Below are positions 16,209 to 20,976 of a stretch of DNA of 20,976 nucleotides, piece by piece. Each line of letters opens with the position of its first letter. Position 1 is the first letter of the stretch. The notes below the pieces were generated by a model. It ran no database searches and was not told the DNA's origin. It worked only from the letters and a program-made list of their open reading frames with translations. This DNA is from Candidatus Kuenenia stuttgartensis (lineage in GTDB: Bacteria; Planctomycetota; UBA11346): the NCBI GenBank assembly GCA_945872305.1, contig CAMCAC010000025.1, forward strand, positions 1-20,976, read 5' to 3'. A program made the position numbers and the translations under genes.

Positions 16209-18490
16209 CCACCGGAGATCCCATGCTGCCCCGCCTGCTCCCCGTCCCCGTCCTGCTGGTCCTGTCGGCCGGCGTCACCGTCTTCGCCGAGGACGCCGCC
16301 GCCGGCGGCTCCCGCGACGGGTGGCTCTACATCCTCGTTGGTGGGGGTGTCCTCGTCCTCCTGGTGCTGTTCGTCGCCGCGGTGATCAAGGCCTTCTACC
16401 GCATGGTCGACCAGGGCCAGGTGCTGATCATCAACAAGCTGACCAGCGGCGAGCCGGCGGTGAGCTTCACCGGCGCCCTGGTCCTGCCGATCGTCAACCG
16501 CGCCGAGACCATGGACATCTCGGTGAAGACCATCGAGGTGGACCGCCAGGGCACCAACGGCCTGATCTGCCGCGACAACATCCGGGCCGACATCAAGGTC
16601 ACCTTCTTCGTCCGGGTCAACAAGACCCACGAGGACGTGGTCCGGGTGGCGAGCACCGTCGGCGTGGCCCGGGCCTCGGACCGCAAGACCCTGGAGGACC
16701 TGTTCCAGGCGAAGTTCTCGGAAGCCCTCAAGACCGTCGGCAAGCGCCTGGACTTCATCCAACTCTACAACGAGCGGGATCAGTTCAAAGAGGAGATCAT
16801 CAAGGTGATCGGCCGCGATCTGAACGGTTACTGCCTGGAGGACGTTGCGATCGACTACCTGGAGCAGACCCCGCTCAAGCTGCTCGACCCGGACAACATC
16901 CTCGATGCCGAAGGTCGCAAGAAGATCATCGAACTGACCGCGTCCCAGCGGATGAAGGCCAACGAGATCGAGCGCGACGCCCAGAAGATCATCAAGAAGC
17001 AGGACGTGGAGGCCCGCGAGGCGATCCTCGCCCTTGAGCGCCAGCAGGCCGAGGCCGAGGCCAAGCAGGCCCGGGAGATCGGCACCGCCCAGGCCCGGGA
17101 ATCCGCGGAGAAGACCAAGGTCGAGGCCGAGGAGCACCGCCGGTCCGAGGAGACCCGCATCCAGGTCCAGCAGGAGTTGGAGGTGAAGCGGCAGATGGCC
17201 CAGCGCGAGATCCAGGTCGCCGAGAAGAACCGCGAGGGCGCGGTCATGGTCGAGAACGAGCGCATCCAGAAGGAGCGCATGCTGGAGCAGGTCGCCCGCG
17301 AGCGTGCGGTCGAACTGTCGGGCATCGAGCGCGAGCGGGTCATCGCCCAGGAGCGCAAGATCATCGCCGAGGTGATCCGCGAGCGGGTCGCCGTCGAGCG
17401 CACCGTGGCCGAGGAAGAAGAGCGCATCAAGACCGTCCGGGTGGTCATGGAGGCCCAGCGGAACAAGGACGCCGCCCTGATCGCCGCCGAGCAGGAGGCC
17501 GAGCAGGTCCGCATCAAGGAAGTGAAGCTCGCCGAGGCCGCCGCCACCGCCGCGACGCACCACGCCAAGGAGAAGGTCACCAAGGCCGAGGCCGAGCAGC
17601 TCGCCGCCGAGAAGGAGACCCTGGCGGCGATCCGCCGGGCCGAAGGCGAGCAGGCCAAGGCCGCCGCCCAGGGCTTGGCCGCCGCCAAGGTCAAGGAGGC
17701 CGACGCGGTCGCCGCCGAGAAGCAGGGCACCGTCGAGGCCCGGGTGATGGAGGCCAAGGCCGAAGCGGAGCGCAAGATGGGCATGGCCCAGGCCTCCGTC
17801 CACCTGGCGGAGCGCGAGGCCGAAGCCGCCGGCGCCGAGAAGATCGGCACCGTCGAGGCCCGGGTGATGGAGGCCAAGGCCGAGGCGGAGAAGAAGCGCG
17901 GCATGGCCCAGGTCGCGGTCAAGCAGGCCGAGGCCGACGCGGTCGAGCGCATGGGCGAGGCCGACGCGAGCGCGGTGGAGAACAAGATGGTGGCCGAGTC
18001 CAAGGGTCTCGCCGAGAAGGCCGGGGCCATGGCCAAGCTCACCGATGCCACCCGTGGGCACGAGGAGTTCCGGCTCCGCCTGGAGCAGGAGTCGGCGATC
18101 CGCAAGGCGGCCATCGAAGCCGAGGTCCAGATCGCCGGCACCCGCGCCGAGATCCTGGGCAAGAGCCTGGGCAACGCCAAGTTCGAGATCGTCGGCGGCG
18201 ACGGGGCGTTCTTCGACCGCTTCGTCGGTGCGGTCACCGACGGCAAGCGGGTCGATGCCACCATCGACCACAGCCACGTCCTCCAGACCGTGGCCAAGGA
18301 GTACCTCGCCGACGGCCGCAGCCTGCCGGACGACATCAAGGAGATCCTCTCCGGCATCACCAGCCAGGATCTCGCCAACCTCGGCATCGCCGGGGTCCTG
18401 GCCAAGGTCACCGCCGGCAAGGACCCGGTGAAGGTGAAGGCCCTGACGGACGCGGCGCGCAAGCTCGGATTGATCACGGAGCCGACGTGA
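16205..18490 (+). CDS. yqiK: Flotillin-like SPFH/band-7 protein (YqiK/FloT family) with an expanded Glu/Ala-rich coiled coil
   Basis: 761 aa. It has an N-terminal TM segment and an SPFH domain with direct resemblance to E. coli YqiK (DNIRADIKVTFFVRVNKT ~ DRMRVDVVVAFFVRVKPS; DPDNILDAEGRKKIIELT ~ NPNNAFDAEGLTKLTQET). A long EA-repeat coiled coil follows (residues ~240-640), then a flotillin C-terminal region. An alternative start lies at 16223 (MLPRLLPVPVLL). Confidence 0.85.
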   Translation: MTTGDPMLPRLLPVPVLLVLSAGVTVFAEDAAAGGSRDGWLYILVGGGVLVLLVLFVAAVIKAFYRMVDQGQVLIINKLTSGEPAVSFTGALVLPIVNRAETMDISVKTIEVDRQGTNGLICRDNIRADIKVTFFVRVNKTHEDVVRVASTVGVARASDRKTLEDLFQAKFSEALKTVGKRLDFIQLYNERDQFKEEIIKVIGRDLNGYCLEDVAIDYLEQTPLKLLDPDNILDAEGRKKIIELTASQRMKANEIERDAQKIIKKQDVEAREAILALERQQAEAEAKQAREIGTAQARESAEKTKVEAEEHRRSEETRIQVQQELEVKRQMAQREIQVAEKNREGAVMVENERIQKERMLEQVARERAVELSGIERERVIAQERKIIAEVIRERVAVERTVAEEEERIKTVRVVMEAQRNKDAALIAAEQEAEQVRIKEVKLAEAAATAATHHAKEKVTKAEAEQLAAEKETLAAIRRAEGEQAKAAAQGLAAAKVKEADAVAAEKQGTVEARVMEAKAEAERKMGMAQASVHLAEREAEAAGAEKIGTVEARVMEAKAEAEKKRGMAQVAVKQAEADAVERMGEADASAVENKMVAESKGLAEKAGAMAKLTDATRGHEEFRLRLEQESAIRKAAIEAEVQIAGTRAEILGKSLGNAKFEIVGGDGAFFDRFVGAVTDGKRVDATIDHSHVLQTVAKEYLADGRSLPDDIKEILSGITSQDLANLGIAGVLAKVTAGKDPVKVKALTDAARKLGLITEPT
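17714..17912 (+). repeat. Intragenic tandem duplication (two ~79-bp copies, period 120 bp, ~88% identical) encoding a 40-aa coiled-coil repeat in the flotillin gene
   Basis: 17714-17792 (gccgagaagcagggcaccgtcgaggcccgggtgatggaggccaaggccgaagcggagcgcaagatgggcatggcccagg) versus 17834-17912 (gccgagaagatcggcaccgtcgaggcccgggtgatggaggccaaggccgaggcggagaagaagcgcggcatggcccagg). Protein copies: AEKQGTVEARVMEAKAEAERKMGMAQ / AEKIGTVEARVMEAKAEAEKKRGMAQ. Confidence 0.85.
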
Positions 18491-18497
18491 ACGTCGG
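18482..18497. other. Perfect palindrome CCGACGT-GA-ACGTCGG spanning the flotillin stop codon
   Basis: ccgacgt (18482-18488), ga, acgtcgg (18491-18497). The central TGA is the yqiK stop. It could form a 6-bp GC stem with a TGAA tetraloop and lies immediately 5' of the G-rich heptad array. Confidence 0.5.
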
Positions 18498-18682
18498 GGT
18501 TCCGGGTTTGGGGTTTCGGGTTTCGGGACGGTGGGTTCCGGGTTTCTGGAGAGCGATGAGATGAACGCCATGGCAGCGGAAACTCTGTGGACCCTGTGCA
18601 TTCGCAGGTCACTTCCGCACCTCCGTCCCTCCCTCCCGAAACCCGAAACCCGAAACCCGAAACCCAGGTTCCCGAACCCACC
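18497..18682. repeat. Inverted arrays of GGGTTTC-type heptads flanking an ~80-nt spacer. The left arm is G-rich on the + strand (G3N4 x5) and the right arm is C-rich on the + strand (C3N4 x5). This gives a potential long stem-loop or paired G-quadruplex / i-motif elements.
   Basis: Left arm 18497-18549: gggttccgggtttggggtttcgggtttcgggacggtgggttccgggtttctgg. Right arm 18631-18682: ccctcccgaaacccgaaacccgaaacccgaaacccaggttcccgaacccacc, largely the reverse complement of the left arm (gggtttcgggtttcggg / cccgaaacccgaaaccc; ggtgggttccggg / cccgaacccacc). It sits in the 190-bp gap between the flotillin stop (18490) and the ATG of the next gene (18683). Confidence 0.8.
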
Positions 18683-20976
18683 ATGACGCTCGATGCAGGA
18701 ACTTTCGACGTTGTCCGCGCCCGGCTCGACGAGCAGGGCAAGGCTCTGGGCGGGCTGGCGGAGCGGCTGAACGCCCGGCGGCTGGAGCTGTTCGGGGGCG
18801 AGAGCACCCGGCTGCTCGGCAGCGCCCGGGTGCGCACCGAGCACAACGCGGTGCCCCGGGACATCGTCAATGTCGGCGACCGCTTCCTGCTCGGCTACCA
18901 GGTGTTCCTCGGGCTGAAGGCGCAGATGGCGCCGGGCGACGTGTTCACCGAGCTGCGCGACGACGGGCAGGGGGTGGTGAATCTGGATCCGGAGCATCCG
19001 CCGCGGCTGCTCGGGGATCCGGCATTCACCAAGGACTTCGCCGAGGTCTTCCAGTACTACAAGGACGCCCGGCTGCTCCATTTCCGGCGCACCGACCGGC
19101 TGCTGTTGGCGGCGTTCCAGACCGGCTCCCGGCTCACCGACCTGCGGGTGCTGCGCTGGGCCCTGGACGGGCGCGGTGCGGCGGAGGGGCTGCGCTACCT
19201 CGACAACCGCGGCGACCGCGACTACGTGTTCCCCGCGGCCCAGGATTTCACCTGGACCCGGGCGACCCGGGACATGCATGTCCAGGGCGCCCATCCGCAC
19301 ATCGCCATCGACGACGAGATCTTCGTCGAATGCATCAACGGCGACCTGACCATCAAGGTCGAGAACAACACGACCTCCGGCGCCGGCATCTTCAGCGATC
19401 CGGTCGACGATCCGACCCAGGGCCTGGACGACGCCGAGATCTGGTTCGCGGTCCTGCCCGCCTGCATCCTGCTCAAGGTGCGGCCGTACCGGGAGCACGG
19501 CTGGCGCCACATCGTCTTCAACCGCGCCACCCGCGAGGCGGTGCGCATCGACGCGATTGGACTGGCGTGCCAGCAGCTCCCCGAAGGCCACGGGCTGGTC
19601 TTCCCCGGCGGCTATTATCTGTCCACCGGCGTGCACAAACTGTTCCCCATCGACGCCGCGGGGATGGAGTTCAAGCGCGCCATCCGCGCCCCGAACGGCG
19701 AGGATGTGGCCTATGTCTTCTACCGCCGGGACCAGGGCACCTACCAGCTCCTCCAGTACAGCCTGATCACCCGGGAGATGGCGAGCCCGGTGGTGTGCTC
19801 GTCCTACTGCCGCCTGCCGGACGGCCGGCTGGTGGTGCTGCGGGCGGAGCCGGAGCCGACCCGGGTCCACACGCTCCAGATCTGGCAGACGCCCTTCCTC
19901 GACGAGGAAGTGGCGGCGGCCCGGGCCCCGACCGCCGCCGGGGAACTCGCCAACCTGGGCAACCGGGAGCTGGTGCGGGCGGTGTCGGACTGCCTGCATC
20001 TCTGCCGCCTGATCGGCGCCCAGCGCCCGACCCGGCAGGTGTACGAGGAGTTGCTCAAGGCCATCGGCAAGGTGGTGGACACCTATCCGTGGCTCGCCGG
20101 GACCGAGGGTTTCGGCATCCGCGCCGCCCTGGACGCCCTGCGCGGCACCGCCGAGCGGGTCATCGACGAGTTCGAGAAGGTCGTCGCCCTCACCGCCCAG
20201 GCGGAGGCCAAGCTGGTCGCCGCCGAAAAGCAGGCGGACGCCCTGGCCAAGGCCGCCGCCCTGGCGGACCGGGCCCGGATCGAGGGCTTCGTCGCGCCCT
20301 TGAGCGAGGTGCGCTCCGCCCGCGGCCACGCGGAGACCCTGAAATCCGTCCGCTACATGGACCTCGCCCGGCTCGCCCGGCTCGATGCGCGGCTCGCCCG
20401 GCAGGGCGAGGAATTGGCCAAGGGCGCCGTCGAGCTGCTGCGCAAGCCCGAGGCCCTGGCCGCCTGGAAGGCGGAGATCGCCGCGGTCGAAGCGAGCGCC
20501 GCCGGCCTGGCCGCGGTGGCCGAGGCCCGCCCGGTCTTGGAACGGCTCGACGCCGCCGCCGCCGGCCTGGACCAGCTCGTGGGGCTGGTCAACGCCCTGG
20601 AATTCGCCGAGGCCGCCGCCCGGACCGAGGTCCTGGAGCGCATCGGCGAGACCTACGCCAGCGTCAACCGCGCCCGGGCGGTGCTCGCCGGCCGGCGCCA
20701 GGAGCTCGGCGCCGCCGAGGCCGCCGCGGACTTCGCGGTCCAGGACCGTCTGCTCGCCCAGGCCCTGGCCAATGCCGTGGCCCTGTGCGACAGCCCCGAG
20801 CGCTGCGACGAGTTCACCGCCAAGCTGCTGGTCCAGGTCGAGGAGTTGGAGGGCCGTTTCGCGGACTTCGACCGCTACGCCTCGGAACTGGCCGAACGCC
20901 GGGTCGCGGTCACCGAGCAGCTCGCGTCCCGGCGCCAGGCGCTGGTCGACGAGCGCAGCCGCAAGGCGGACGGCTG
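18683..20976 (+). CDS. Large uncharacterised protein (at least 764 aa, 3' end outside the window) with a globular N-terminal region (~500 aa) and an Ala/Glu/Leu-rich coiled-coil C-terminal region
   Basis: This ORF is not in the supplied track because it has no stop codon in the window. It reads uninterrupted from the ATG at 18683 to 20976 with high GC3 codon usage. No signal peptide or P-loop is recognisable. The strongly recognisable flotillin gene makes the antisense 1466-aa frame an artefact. It is co-oriented with, and 190 bp downstream of, yqiJ-yqiK. Confidence 0.6.
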   Translation, partial: MTLDAGTFDVVRARLDEQGKALGGLAERLNARRLELFGGESTRLLGSARVRTEHNAVPRDIVNVGDRFLLGYQVFLGLKAQMAPGDVFTELRDDGQGVVNLDPEHPPRLLGDPAFTKDFAEVFQYYKDARLLHFRRTDRLLLAAFQTGSRLTDLRVLRWALDGRGAAEGLRYLDNRGDRDYVFPAAQDFTWTRATRDMHVQGAHPHIAIDDEIFVECINGDLTIKVENNTTSGAGIFSDPVDDPTQGLDDAEIWFAVLPACILLKVRPYREHGWRHIVFNRATREAVRIDAIGLACQQLPEGHGLVFPGGYYLSTGVHKLFPIDAAGMEFKRAIRAPNGEDVAYVFYRRDQGTYQLLQYSLITREMASPVVCSSYCRLPDGRLVVLRAEPEPTRVHTLQIWQTPFLDEEVAAARAPTAAGELANLGNRELVRAVSDCLHLCRLIGAQRPTRQVYEELLKAIGKVVDTYPWLAGTEGFGIRAALDALRGTAERVIDEFEKVVALTAQAEAKLVAAEKQADALAKAAALADRARIEGFVAPLSEVRSARGHAETLKSVRYMDLARLARLDARLARQGEELAKGAVELLRKPEALAAWKAEIAAVEASAAGLAAVAEARPVLERLDAAAAGLDQLVGLVNALEFAEAAARTEVLERIGETYASVNRARAVLAGRRQELGAAEAAADFAVQDRLLAQALANAVALCDSPERCDEFTAKLLVQVEELEGRFADFDRYASELAERRVAVTEQLASRRQALVDERSRKADG

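Noticed and set aside
18497-18682. Telomere or CRISPR interpretation of the GGGTTTC repeats
   Set aside because: The arrays are short (4-5 units), inverted rather than a long direct array with unique spacers, and embedded between two co-oriented chromosomal genes. There is no cas gene and no replicon end, so it is neither a CRISPR array nor a linear-replicon telomere.
15929-20329. 1466-aa minus-strand ORF (and 16855..18870, 671 aa)
   Set aside because: They are antisense to the clearly homologous yqiK flotillin gene and to the downstream large gene. The translation is G/L/D/A-rich low complexity, with the C-terminal part being read-through of the heptad repeats.

Overview
This is a high-GC (~70%), densely coding bacterial chromosomal segment with no rRNA, tRNA, CRISPR or obvious mobile elements. 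Codon usage shows extreme GC3, so the antisense strand of every real gene also carries a long Gly/Arg/Pro-rich open frame. I reject most six-frame ORFs in the track for that reason. The pseudopilin N-termini (FTLMELLVVIGILATLMGLLFPA) and the DUF4388 domain suggest a PVC-superphylum (Planctomycetota/Verrucomicrobiota-like) or possibly myxobacterial origin. This is an inference from sequence style only.

Supported gene content, left to right:
(1) A long minus-strand operon (8790 down to 1) that reads MacA-like lipoprotein membrane-fusion protein, ABC ATPase, FtsX/MacB-type permease, a 1199-aa DUF4388-TPR-TM-PQQ beta-propeller protein, a GspG-like major pseudopilin, a GspH/FimT-like pseudopilin with a LamG domain, and a GspK-like pseudopilin that is cut by the window edge. 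Several junctions are ATGA stop/start overlaps. No secretin, GspE/F or TolC-like gene is present in the window.
(2) A divergent plus-strand FMN-dependent nitronate-monooxygenase/FabK-family oxidoreductase with a Cys-rich C-terminal extension.
(3) A convergent minus-strand gene for a ~1013-aa secreted protein with a possible transglutaminase-like Cys/His core.
(4) A glutamine-dependent NAD+ synthetase (nadE) with a clear AGGAGG Shine-Dalgarno site.
(5) A yqiJ/yqiK-type NfeD-like plus flotillin (SPFH) pair. The flotillin has an expanded Glu/Ala coiled coil containing a 40-aa tandem duplication.
(6) Immediately downstream lies an unusual 190-bp intergenic region made of inverted arrays of GGGTTTC heptads (canonical G-quadruplex motifs on opposite strands). 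It abuts the ATG of a large uncharacterised protein of at least 764 aa with a globular N-terminal region and a coiled-coil C-terminal region, which runs off the window end.

The two most interesting candidate systems are the exporter/pseudopilin/beta-propeller operon and the NfeD-flotillin-[G4 repeat]-large coiled-coil protein module.
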